Shown here piece by piece: positions 51,017 through 59,939 of a DNA stretch of 64,000 nucleotides. Below the pieces are notes generated by a model. That model saw only the letters and a program-made list of their open reading frames with translations. It made no database searches and had not been told where the DNA came from. The DNA lies in the NCBI GenBank assembly GCA_003280965.1, contig QCDI01000001.1, positions 32,001 through 96,000 on the forward strand. The letters are read 5' to 3'. Both the position numbers and the translations under genes were made by a program. Each line of letters opens with the position of its first letter. The stretch's first letter is position 1. Origin of the DNA: Prochlorococcus sp. AG-355-B18. GTDB lineage: Bacteria; Cyanobacteriota; Cyanobacteriia; PCC-6307; Cyanobiaceae.

Positions 51017-51184
51017 ATGGGAAAATTTTCTTCTCAAGAAATTGAAAGTCAATACAATTTAATAAAAAAACTTTTAGAGGAACCTGAAAAGTATATAGAT
51101 GCCATAAACGCAATAAAGAAAGATATTGCATATATGCCTATTGAGCTTAGAAGAAAGCTTGACGAGGAAAATATTATTTTATGA
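51017..51184 (+). CDS. Small hypothetical protein, 55 aa
   Basis: MGKFSSQEIESQYNLIK...AIKKDIAYMPIEL. Confidence 0.55.
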   Translation: MGKFSSQEIESQYNLIKKLLEEPEKYIDAINAIKKDIAYMPIELRRKLDEENIIL

Positions 51185-51256
51185 ATGAAAGTAATTCGGA
51201 ATTCATAATGATCCTTAATTTTAAGGATTAGATTAGTAACTAGCTACCTTCTTAAA

Positions 51257-51421
51257 CTAACCGAGAGAGTCTAGATCTCTTCTATGGTGAACTGTATTTG
51301 CTTCATCAGTTGAGATATTTTGTTCTCTCATCAAATCGGCAAGAGTTGGAAAATCTGTTGCATTATCAAGATCTCTTTCAGTTTTATCTTTAATTGAGAA
51401 TGGTGATTTTTTTAAGTTCAT
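51257..51421 (-). CDS. Small hypothetical protein, 54 aa
   Basis: MNLKKSPFSIKD...HHRRDLDSLG*; GAGG upstream. Confidence 0.5.
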   Translation of the reverse strand: MNLKKSPFSIKDKTERDLDNATDFPTLADLMREQNISTDEANTVHHRRDLDSLG

Positions 51422-51432
51422 AATTAATAACC

Positions 51433-51618
51433 TCAAAATTTTTGTTGGATTCTGATCACAGAACCTGGATGATCATGTACGTAAGAGTTGAATTCTCTTG
51501 CAAGCATTAGGCAATCGTATGCGTCACGCGCATAGAAGCTGACTTCATGTGTATTATTTGATGAATCCTTGTAACTCAACACATATTTATTACAAGATTT
51601 GATTGGTGTAGAAGGCAT
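51433..51618 (-). CDS. Conserved hypothetical protein
   Basis: YVLSYKD...FYARDAY...YVHDHPGSV; AGAGG RBS. Confidence 0.65.
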   Translation of the reverse strand: MPSTPIKSCNKYVLSYKDSSNNTHEVSFYARDAYDCLMLAREFNSYVHDHPGSVIRIQQKF

Positions 51619-51978
51619 TTAAACCTCTCGTCTCTACATCTAAAGTTCTAACTAGCTGAACTAATCATCCGACTAAGAAGAATGTACGGTTTGAGGTACA
51701 AAAATATACGGATATAGGATCAACGATTAAATTTTAAAATATATAAAATGCACGAGGTAGACTCAAATAAAGTTATTCCTACCACTTTCAATATTTTTTC
51801 TCTTTACGGTTAGATTAAAATAAATAATTAAAGTTTCACATTAATAATCTTCAAAGTAAACCTATACCCTTGCCTACGGCAAACACTTTTTTACAATAAA
51901 CACTTCAAGTATTAACTTTTGTACTGATATCTAAGTCGAGAAAAATTTTATTTAGTACATTCTCATTATGAGCCATAA

Positions 51979-52287
51979 TTAGCTCCTTCTCACCCAATCT
52001 GGAGATCCACTAAACCAATCAGCAATATCATCATTCTTAGGATCAAAGTGATTTTCACTTTCTAAACCATCAAGACCAAGTGATTGGATCAGTCCATTTA
52101 TTCCGTCTGAATTTTGTTTCCCGTATCTCCTTAAGCTGTTAGCTTTCTTAAGCCATGTCCATATAGTTGAATTATGTTTTGCAAACTTTTCTACATAAAT
52201 TCTTTCTTCCAAAGAAACCTCCTCATCTACTGAAATTCTCTTAACAATATCCTTAATTTTTAGACGAGTTTTGTTTGTTAGGAACAT
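51979..52287 (-). CDS. Conserved hypothetical protein
   Basis: VSLEERIY, DIADWFSGSPDWVRRS. Confidence 0.7.
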   Translation of the reverse strand: MFLTNKTRLKIKDIVKRISVDEEVSLEERIYVEKFAKHNSTIWTWLKKANSLRRYGKQNSDGINGLIQSLGLDGLESENHFDPKNDDIADWFSGSPDWVRRS

Positions 52288-52579
52288 ATGTATAAATGAA
52301 GTTAATGTTTTATAGAAGTTTTTTTTATGAATGTCTTGTCAATCTTTATTTCAAGAAAAAGTACTTTTTAGAGGGTTTCTAACGAAAAAAATATTCATTT
52401 AAGAACACACAAACTCATTTGGTAAAATCTATTACCTAAGACGATTTGAATAACTTATACATAAGCAATATCCCTATAAGATTATCTACTAAATTTAAGA
52501 ATAAATTTTAAAAAAAAGGCTTAACAAAATTTACATTGACAGTCGAATTAAAATTAAGAGGTAATTGATCTCATTTTGT

Positions 52580-52975
52580 ATGAAGTTAAAAAATATTTTA
52601 AAAACTACTGGGGCACTTCATTTACTCTTGGGAGCATTAATTATTTTCCTACTAATTTTTTCTGCAGAAACTATTGCGGGCAATGCTTCACGTGAAACGT
52701 TGCTTCTTGTAAGAGGCACTGCTGATGTTGTTGCTGCAAGTAATTTGGGAATTGGTTTTTTATTAATTATTTGTAGTTCTATAAAAGATAAAGTTTCTTT
52801 AAGAAAAGTTTTATCAGGTGAATTAGTTTTAATGTTTTGCTTTTTAGCAGTAGCCCTATTTAATACTTTTAATGCTGGGTCAATTGTTGATGGAGGACCT
52901 CCTCCTCCATTTTGGATTGTTTTGATAGTCAATCCACTTTTATGTATTTATGGATTATTTAATAATAAAAATTGA
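52580..52975 (+). CDS. Four-TM membrane protein (copy 1)
   Basis: GGPPPPFWIVL motif; ~90% identical paralog at window end. Confidence 0.75.
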   Translation: MKLKNILKTTGALHLLLGALIIFLLIFSAETIAGNASRETLLLVRGTADVVAASNLGIGFLLIICSSIKDKVSLRKVLSGELVLMFCFLAVALFNTFNAGSIVDGGPPPPFWIVLIVNPLLCIYGLFNNKN

Positions 52976-53033
52976 ACTACCAAATTTATTCTCTAATAAT
53001 TCTTAAGATTATACGATTTAATTAATCACTAAA

Positions 53034-53168
53034 CTAAGTTAGTATTTCTGAGCTTATAAAGAATCTTTCTCCATCATCATCATCATCATCATCATGAAAG
53101 GAAGAGATTAATACATATACTCCTCCCAGTCCCAAAATCATGGATAAATAAAGAATTGGATCTGTCAT
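53034..53168 (-). CDS. Small membrane protein with poly-Asp tail, 44 aa
   Basis: TM then HDDDDDDDG encoded by (CAT)8 at 53072-53095. Confidence 0.5.
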   Translation of the reverse strand: MTDPILYLSMILGLGGVYVLISSFHDDDDDDDGERFFISSEILT

Positions 53169-53348
53169 TTATTAATTTTGGAACATTAAAATTAAATTTG
53201 AGGAAGCTTTTCAATATCTATATTTTCTCTTAAGCATTAAATGAATAAATTTCTATGATCGAAAAAATAGGATTTGTTTTTAATATTATTATTGACAGTC
53301 AACTTAAAATAATAAGATTAGGTAGTTTTTTTGAAAGACTTTTAAAAA

Positions 53349-53987
53349 ATGTGTGGAAGATTTGAGCTGAAAACTAAGTTTGCAAATTTGCCAGAGGTTT
53401 TGAAACAGGACTATCCCATAGGACTTGATTCTAAATACGAGACTCAAAGTTTAATTAGACCAACTGATCCTGTTCTTGTAATTAAAAACGAAGGAAGAAT
53501 TAAAACTACTTTTATGGCATGGGGCTTTATTTCTCCTTGGGCTAAAGATCCATTTGATAAAAAGAGACCAAGACCATTTAATGCAAGATCAGAAACGGTA
53601 GAAGAAAAAAAATTATTTAGTAGAAGTTGGAAACACAAAAGGTGTTTAATACCAGCTAGTGGTTTTTTTGAAAAGAAATATCGTATTCGAAAGGAGAATT
53701 ATGACACTTTTTGGTTAGGAGGAATCTGGAGTAAGTGGACCTCACCAGATGGCGCTGAACTTGAAAGTTGCTGTGTTTTAACAACTGAACCAAATGCTTT
53801 AGTTAAACCTCTTCATAATCGTATGCCTGTTGTAGTCCCTAATGGGTATGAGGAACAGTGGACAGAGCAAGTTAAAGATTCTGATGAAATAAAAGGTTTA
53901 CTTCCAATTTTGATGGGTTGGTCACCCCATGGATGGCTGGTAGAGGATGTAAAGAAAAAAGAAACTGATCAAATTAGTTTGTTTTAA
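53349..53987 (+). CDS. SOS response-associated peptidase (SRAP/YedK, abasic-site protein)
   Basis: N-terminal MCGRF, NARSET, RCLIPASGFFE, HNRMP. Confidence 0.92.
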   Translation: MCGRFELKTKFANLPEVLKQDYPIGLDSKYETQSLIRPTDPVLVIKNEGRIKTTFMAWGFISPWAKDPFDKKRPRPFNARSETVEEKKLFSRSWKHKRCLIPASGFFEKKYRIRKENYDTFWLGGIWSKWTSPDGAELESCCVLTTEPNALVKPLHNRMPVVVPNGYEEQWTEQVKDSDEIKGLLPILMGWSPHGWLVEDVKKKETDQISLF

Positions 53988-54153
53988 ATGAAAACCATTC
54001 TAATGACAGTTATTTTAATAATAGGAATTATTTATGGCTGTGGATTATTTTGACTACTTTGGAATTACTAAAGGAGTAAATTCAATGCCTATTTACTCAC
54101 AGGGGTAGAACTTTATTTTTAATATTGGGAGAATATAAATTTAATTTTTTGAT

Positions 54154-54381
54154 TTGACTAAAGAAATTTTTAATGAATTAGCTGATTGGATTATCAATAA
54201 AGATCCAAATTATCCAACATTTGGAGAATGTAAATTTTGGATTAAAAGACAATATCCTCGATATGTTATTTCAAAAAATGATGAGAAAGAAATTTTAATG
54301 TTGTTGACTTATCTTCCTATGAGCCAACGCATGAATAATGTTTTATATGCCAAATATCTTGACCAAATACTTTCTAAATAA
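54154..54381 (+). CDS. Hypothetical protein
   Basis: ORF track, TTG start. Confidence 0.5.
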   Translation: MTKEIFNELADWIINKDPNYPTFGECKFWIKRQYPRYVISKNDEKEILMLLTYLPMSQRMNNVLYAKYLDQILSK

Positions 54382-54540
54382 ATGAAAGAGTGTGATGTAT
54401 GCAATAAAATAGATGTAATCCATTACAGGGTGAAATCTATAAATTACAAAAATTGGATTTTTTGCTGTAAACATTGTTGGGATCTTGTTTCAAGAGAAAG
54501 CCAATATTCTTATGGAGGAACCAGAAAATCAAAGGGTTAG
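54382..54540 (+). CDS. Small zinc-finger-like protein, 52 aa
   Basis: CDVC...HYRV...WIFCCKHCW...YSYGGTRK. Confidence 0.65.
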   Translation: MKECDVCNKIDVIHYRVKSINYKNWIFCCKHCWDLVSRESQYSYGGTRKSKG

Positions 54541-54556
54541 AGCAAATATAAAAATT

Positions 54557-54811
54557 ATGGCTAAAGCTCATTGGTTGATTAATTCTAAAAAAACAGAAGT
54601 GAAAAGATTTATAAGAAATGATAAGAGTATTGAGGGTGTTTTCGAGTATATGTTTATAGATACTGGAAAAATAGTTGGAGTATTTGGAAAAGAACCTCCT
54701 GTAATGACAACAACTGTTTCTATAGATATTGATTTAGCTAGAGAAATTTATGAAAGATTACTTTCTCAGGGTTGGAGGAAAACTGAAGAAGTTTGGAAAA
54801 AAGGGACCTAG
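54557..54811 (+). CDS. DUF1651-family protein
   Basis: MAKAHWLINS...EPPVM...AREIYERLLSQGW. Confidence 0.7.
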   Translation: MAKAHWLINSKKTEVKRFIRNDKSIEGVFEYMFIDTGKIVGVFGKEPPVMTTTVSIDIDLAREIYERLLSQGWRKTEEVWKKGT

Positions 54812-54873
54812 ACCATAAATTTAAGTCCTACATTGACAATAGATCTAAAATAAAAAAATTAGTATCTTATTTA

Positions 54874-55257
54874 ATGACAAATACTAAATCAATTAAAGAT
54901 TTAATAGAGGGTTACGCAAATAGCGAAGATTCCTCTTTCCTCATACCAAATGCAACTGAAGATTTTTTAGCAGTCAGACCAAGTGGAAATCCAATTTCTG
55001 CAAAAGGGTTAGTTGGAATGTTTAATAGTAAAGACTTAGTTGCAGAGTCATCAGAACTAGTAAAAACCCATAAAATTGAGATTTTTGGTGATATAGCTTA
55101 TGCAGTATTTACCTTAAATGAAATCTTTAGTTATAAAGGAAATCAAAATAAAGATCTTTCAACTTATACTTGTATTTTTAAACATGAAAATGGCACTTGG
55201 AAATATTCTTGGATGCAAAGATCACAAGGTACTACAGACATGAAAACTTGGGAATAA
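54874..55257 (+). CDS. DUF3804 (NTF2/SnoaL-like) protein
   Basis: FLAVRPSGNPI, FSYKG, WKYSWMQRS; ATG 54874. Confidence 0.75.
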   Translation: MTNTKSIKDLIEGYANSEDSSFLIPNATEDFLAVRPSGNPISAKGLVGMFNSKDLVAESSELVKTHKIEIFGDIAYAVFTLNEIFSYKGNQNKDLSTYTCIFKHENGTWKYSWMQRSQGTTDMKTWE

Positions 55258-55470
55258 ATGAAAAGGTTACTTTTTGGTGAGCTTTTGATAGTTTTAATTA
55301 CTATAGTTTTTATTTATCTAAAACCAATTTCTAGAATTTATGTCGCTGATTATTTGGAAAAGATATCTTTATTTTTGTTTAGAACTGTCAGTGATGAAGA
55401 TTTAAATGAGTGGTATGAGAGAAGAGATAAATATAAATTACTTGAGAAATTAGGAGGGTCTTCTTATTAA
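55258..55470 (+). CDS. Hypothetical membrane protein beginning MKRLL
   Basis: ORF track; abuts preceding stop codon. Confidence 0.55.
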   Translation: MKRLLFGELLIVLITIVFIYLKPISRIYVADYLEKISLFLFRTVSDEDLNEWYERRDKYKLLEKLGGSSY

Positions 55471-55536
55471 TTGATAATATATCTAAAATAGGAAGACATT
55501 ATTTAAGTTAAGTAAATAAAAAAGAAAATATCTAAA

Positions 55537-56259
55537 ATGGCTACCAGAATAAACAAATATTTAAGCGAAGTCGGTTTTTGTTCTAGAAGAGCAGCAGATA
55601 TATTAATTGAAGAGGGAAAAGTAACAATTAATGGTGAAATTACAGAAATTGGTTCCAAGGTGGAAGAGGGTGATCAAGTAGAAGTTGAAGGTCAAAAAAT
55701 AATTAATTCAATAAAACAAAAAAACATTTACTTAGCCTTTAATAAACCAATTGGTATTGTTTGCACAACTGATAGAAGAGTAGAACCCGACAATATCATA
55801 GATTTCATTAAGTACCCTAGAAGAATTTTCCCTATTGGAAGATTGGATAAGCCAAGTGAAGGGTTAATTTTTTTAACTAATGATGGAGATATAGTAAACA
55901 AAATACTTAGAGCAAGAAATAATCATGAAAAAGAATACATCGTAAGCGTTAATCGTCCGATTAATAAAGACTTTATTCAAAGAATGAGTAATGGGGTTGA
56001 AATTTTAGACACCATAACTAAAAATTGTTTTGTAAAACAATTAGGTCAAAAAAAATTCAAAATCATACTCACTCAAGGACTTAACCGTCAGATTAGGAGA
56101 ATGTGTGAGTCCTTAGGCTACAGGGTAAAGTCATTAAAGCGTGTAAGAATTATGAATATTAAATTAGATGTACCAATAGGAAAATATCGCGAATTTACCA
56201 AAGAGGAACTTATCGAATTAAATCGATTACTCGAAAATTCTGCGAAAACATATTTCTAG
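55537..56259 (+). CDS. rluF: 23S rRNA pseudouridine synthase, RluF-type
   Basis: S4 domain CSRR, GRLDKPSEG, GLNRQIRRM. Confidence 0.85.
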   Translation: MATRINKYLSEVGFCSRRAADILIEEGKVTINGEITEIGSKVEEGDQVEVEGQKIINSIKQKNIYLAFNKPIGIVCTTDRRVEPDNIIDFIKYPRRIFPIGRLDKPSEGLIFLTNDGDIVNKILRARNNHEKEYIVSVNRPINKDFIQRMSNGVEILDTITKNCFVKQLGQKKFKIILTQGLNRQIRRMCESLGYRVKSLKRVRIMNIKLDVPIGKYREFTKEELIELNRLLENSAKTYF

Positions 56260-56365
56260 TAAAAACCTCCCCCTTTTTTATAAAAATAAATTCTAGATAA
56301 TTACAATTAATTATAGAAAAATATTATGGTTGCTATCCTTATTAGCAAATAACAATTGAGAATTT

Positions 56366-56515
56366 ATGAAGGAATTAGAAGAAAATACTATTGAACAAAT
56401 AAGAACTCTTCTTAATTATTTAGAGCAAACAGACTTATTAAAAAATAAAGAAATTCTTAGGTGTCTTGATGTAATAGCCAGGGAGTATGGAGGCGAAGTA
56501 GTAGATAAAAATTAA
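56366..56515 (+). CDS. Small hypothetical protein, 49 aa
   Basis: MKELEENTIEQIRTLL...; stop abuts next ATG. Confidence 0.5.
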   Translation: MKELEENTIEQIRTLLNYLEQTDLLKNKEILRCLDVIAREYGGEVVDKN

Positions 56516-56701
56516 ATGGCTAATCCAGATCAAAAAACAATATTGCTTGAGCGAGCTTATGACAAACTTAAATCAGTTTGCTCTGAATTCCAAGAGGAAT
56601 CGGGGGCAACTGATATGGAAGTAAAAACTTTACTTAGAGAACTTGCTAGGGTTTGGGAAAAAGATATTGATGACGATTACGACATAGATTGGGAAGTTTA
56701 A
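56516..56701 (+). CDS. Hypothetical protein
   Basis: ORF track; ESGATDMEVKTLLREL. Confidence 0.6.
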   Translation: MANPDQKTILLERAYDKLKSVCSEFQEESGATDMEVKTLLRELARVWEKDIDDDYDIDWEV

Positions 56702-56934
56702 ACCTTTTTAGCTTTATTAGCTCTATTAATTACTTTTCTCAAAATATTATTTTTTATTGATAAATCAGAAATACAATCAAGAGTTAAAAGCAAAACTACT
56801 TTTGCAAAAAATGAGATTTGCATAATAAACATTCTTTTACTTATAGAACCAAATTTTATTAAAAGTGCCAAATTTTTATTAATTGCCCTTGATTCTAATT
56901 AGAAAAAAATAGATAATTTTTCTATAATTTTTAT

Positions 56935-57192
56935 ATGGATAAAATCGAGAAATTTACGCTAATAAGTAAAGATAGATCGAGAATAAAAGTCTTTGAACCA
57001 TTTGAAGAGATTTCTAAAACTTCACTAAGTATTGATGCAATGATGATTTCTTATGGATGTTTATATAAGAGAAGTAGTAAACCAGTTATGAAAGGTTCAA
57101 GAGTTGAGACTATAGAAAATGCAAGAAAAGAATATAAACAGCTAATAAAAGAAGGTTGGAAGAAGACCAGTATTTTTAGAAATTATTTTTAA
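56935..57192 (+). CDS. DUF1651-like protein
   Basis: KPVMK...ARKEYKQLIKEGW. Confidence 0.65.
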   Translation: MDKIEKFTLISKDRSRIKVFEPFEEISKTSLSIDAMMISYGCLYKRSSKPVMKGSRVETIENARKEYKQLIKEGWKKTSIFRNYF

Positions 57193-57416
57193 GGATAAAA
57201 GTCCACTTTCCAACGCATTACGCAATAACTTAGAGGGTTATATCCATTGCAATTCCAGAACTTGAATATTTTTAAAGCTAAGTGGTGAAAATTAGCATCG
57301 TTGAAAAAAGCCCAACCAAAATAGATGGCAAATGCGGTTACTACAAATGCAGCATATTGAAGCCAATGTGTTCCAGATTTATCTAAACCATTTTTGTCAA
57401 AATTAGAATTACTCAT
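57189..57416 (-). CDS. Hypothetical membrane protein
   Basis: ORF track; start abuts hli stop. Confidence 0.55.
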   Translation of the reverse strand: MSNSNFDKNGLDKSGTHWLQYAAFVVTAFAIYFGWAFFNDANFHHLALKIFKFWNCNGYNPLSYCVMRWKVDFYP

Positions 57417-57671
57417 TCAAAGGATTGGATATGCTATCCATCCAAATAAGGTGTAGTTAATAATGACAGCCATGAAGCCAATCATTGCAAGCCTTCCATT
57501 TGTTCTTTCCGCAATAAACCAGTAGGTATTTGGCCATTCAAAATTTTCTCCCATATTAGATATTTGATCTTCTGAGACTGGATTCTCTGCAAGATCTTTT
57601 TCATTTTCCGCATAAAAATTACTATCTGGGTAAAAGCTTTCGCTTGAAAAATTATCTTTAAATTTACTCAT
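57417..57671 (-). CDS. hli: High-light-inducible protein
   Basis: AERTNGRLAMIGF. Confidence 0.9.
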   Translation of the reverse strand: MSKFKDNFSSESFYPDSNFYAENEKDLAENPVSEDQISNMGENFEWPNTYWFIAERTNGRLAMIGFMAVIINYTLFGWIAYPIL

Positions 57672-57866
57672 TTTCTAAAATTAACTTCTATCATCCTAAA
57701 AAGTTTTTTTTAATTATGTTGTTATATCTGCTTTTTAATATTTCATTACCATTGCCAAATGGGAATAAACACTAAAAGAGTTTTACCCTTCAATTTTAGA
57801 TCGACTGTCAATCAAGTGATTTTTAAATTAAGAGCTCTAGAATAGTTTTTAATTATATTTTTTCTA

Positions 57867-58147
57867 TGCTTTTTTTAATTTCTTATAAGTTCTCTGATGC
57901 GACCGCGCAAGAGAAGGGAGCTAAAATGCTAACAGAATAGTACGACAAAGGAGGACCGCAAAATAGACCAGAGAATTATGACGTAAAATCTTGGATTTTC
58001 TTACCTCAACATGGAAACGGTTACTCTGTTGTAGATACAGATTCTTTAGAAACTATTTGGCGTCAATGGCGACCTTGGAGAGAATTAATGGAGATTACTA
58101 TTGAACCTTGTGCCGATTTAGATGAAGTAGTAGCTCTATATCGTTAA
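57867..58147 (+). pseudogene. DUF3303-family gene with internal amber stop
   Basis: MLFLISYKFSD...MLTE*YDKGGPQNRPENY...WRQWRPWRELMEITIEP; TAG at a likely Trp codon (~57938-57940). Confidence 0.7.
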
Positions 58148-58204
58148 TGAAACGCATACTAATTTGCACTGCTAATAGTTGGCAATTGAGATTCTATATT
58201 AAAT
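58148..58204 (+). repeat. Degenerate copy of ~55 bp island junction element
   Basis: TGAAACGCATACTAATTTGCACTGCTA...CAATTGAGATTCTATATTAAAT, immediately after a stop codon. Confidence 0.7.
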
Positions 58205-58293
58205 AATTCCTCTAGCAGAAGTATTCATTTCAAGATCCTTAACTCAATTTTAAATAATTTATCCTAGAAAAGGTTAGTGAATTTATTAATCAA

Positions 58294-58632
58294 ATGAATA
58301 CTTATTTAGTAACTGCAACTTTTAAAAACGTAGCTCTAATGGGTGCAGCTTATGATCTTTTTTTAAAGGTTATCGAAGATGGAACTTTAAATGATGAGTT
58401 TGAAGGATTCAAAGTTTTGGGAAGGTATCATGCCTCTTACTCAAATAATGTTTATATTATTGTCCAAGCTTCAGCAGGCATAAAAATGACAGAACACTTT
58501 GCTCCTTGGAAAGTTAAGTTTGATATAGATTTTGATATCAAGCCAGTTATGACTGACGATGAAAAAGTTGCTGAGCATAAGCTTGTTGGTTCATTAATGG
58601 CAGCAGAACAGAAAATGGGATTCACAGGTTAA
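58294..58632 (+). CDS. DUF3303-family protein
   Basis: DEFEGFKVLGRYH, HFAPW, DIKPVMTD. Confidence 0.75.
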   Translation: MNTYLVTATFKNVALMGAAYDLFLKVIEDGTLNDEFEGFKVLGRYHASYSNNVYIIVQASAGIKMTEHFAPWKVKFDIDFDIKPVMTDDEKVAEHKLVGSLMAAEQKMGFTG

Positions 58633-58819
58633 TTATTTTATAGAGACTTAGATTATGAATATATTATCTCCGTTTGGAAAGTGACCTAAAATTAGTAATA
58701 CTACTGGTATATATCGAGTAATTTTATATAAATTCCCAACAGTACTAATATTGCTAGACCTACACCAATAACTTAATTTGGCTGATTACGCCAAAGCTCT
58801 TGAAAAATTCCATTAAAGA

Positions 58820-58969
58820 TTAATAAGCAAATTGGTGCTTTTTATATATTTTTCTATAGTCTTCATGCAACCTTTCAGTTGCTAATTTTCTTCTATTCAT
58901 TGCATCTCTAATTAAATCCATTTGGTTTAATTTTCCATTGATAATAGTGAATGATGTAGTTAGTTTCAT
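58820..58969 (-). CDS. Small hypothetical protein, 49 aa
   Basis: AGAGG RBS; MKLTTSFTII...DLIRDAMNRRKL. Confidence 0.5.
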   Translation of the reverse strand: MKLTTSFTIINGKLNQMDLIRDAMNRRKLATERLHEDYRKIYKKHQFAY

Positions 58970-59006
58970 AAAACCTCTTTATTTAGTAAAGACTAAAATT
59001 AAGAAC

Positions 59007-59189
59007 TCAGTCACAGTAAATTAAACAATTTTGATTTGTTGGATGTTCTCTACATTCTTTCTCCCAAAAGTTTTCAAACTCAGGAGTACATTTCACAAGT
59101 TCTTTTGGAGTTTCGTTAAGGTTTAATCCTGCATAATTAAACGCCGTTAAGTATCTTGGAAGAATGTTAAATTGATTGAATAGTTCCAT
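59007..59189 (-). CDS. Small protein with CP12-like C-terminus
   Basis: GGAGG RBS; FWEKECREHPTNQNCLIYCD (C-x8-C-x2-Y). Confidence 0.65.
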   Translation of the reverse strand: MELFNQFNILPRYLTAFNYAGLNLNETPKELVKCTPEFENFWEKECREHPTNQNCLIYCD

Positions 59190-59345
59190 AAGACCTCCTA
59201 GATCTATATCTATATTGTCCTCCTTTTTAATTGAAATTCATAGAGTATTATTACCTGAGTAAAAGTGCTTTGTAATTGTTACGACTATCTTTTAGCACTT
59301 AATTGAAGTAAAAATAATACAGGAGTCAAAAGTACTTCATCGACT

Positions 59346-59939
59346 TTGTGCTCAGCGAGGTGCATACGACATGATGTTCAGGCATTACCATCAATTAGCC
59401 CTTATTTGTCATCAGAGAATAAAAATATACGAAAAGAGGCAGTTATTACGATTAGATATCTTAATCAATTAACCCATTTTACCCCAGCGAACACTCTTGC
59501 TAATGATCCCGATCAAGAAGTAAGAAAGGAAACAATGTTAACTCTTGGGAATTTTAGAGAAGATTGTATTGTTCCAATTTTGTGTAATTCCCTAGAAAAT
59601 GATGAGTCTTGGGAAGTAAGACGAAATGCAGCCATCGCATTGGAAATGCATGGGGATAATTCTTCTTCTAAATCTCTTTCTTCTGCAATTTCAGACTCGC
59701 ATTGGCAGGTAAGGAAGTTTTCAATGAGAGCTCTTACAAAAGTATTATCCAAGGAATATTTAGGGGAAATAGTGAAATTACTTTGTGACGATTATTCAGA
59801 TGTGAGAAAAGAAGCTGCTATCGCTTTAGGTTTATTAGGCTCTAAAAAGGCAATCCCATCTCTAAAACAATCATTAGATGATGCTGATATTGAAGTGAGA
59901 ATTCAATCTCAAAAAGCTTTAGAAAAATTGAATGTATGA
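59346..59939 (+). CDS. HEAT-repeat protein, probably 5'-truncated
   Basis: Repeated D-x-x-x-VR-x-x-A motifs; weak TTG start that opens mid-repeat. Confidence 0.75.
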   Translation: MCSARCIRHDVQALPSISPYLSSENKNIRKEAVITIRYLNQLTHFTPANTLANDPDQEVRKETMLTLGNFREDCIVPILCNSLENDESWEVRRNAAIALEMHGDNSSSKSLSSAISDSHWQVRKFSMRALTKVLSKEYLGEIVKLLCDDYSDVRKEAAIALGLLGSKKAIPSLKQSLDDADIEVRIQSQKALEKLNV

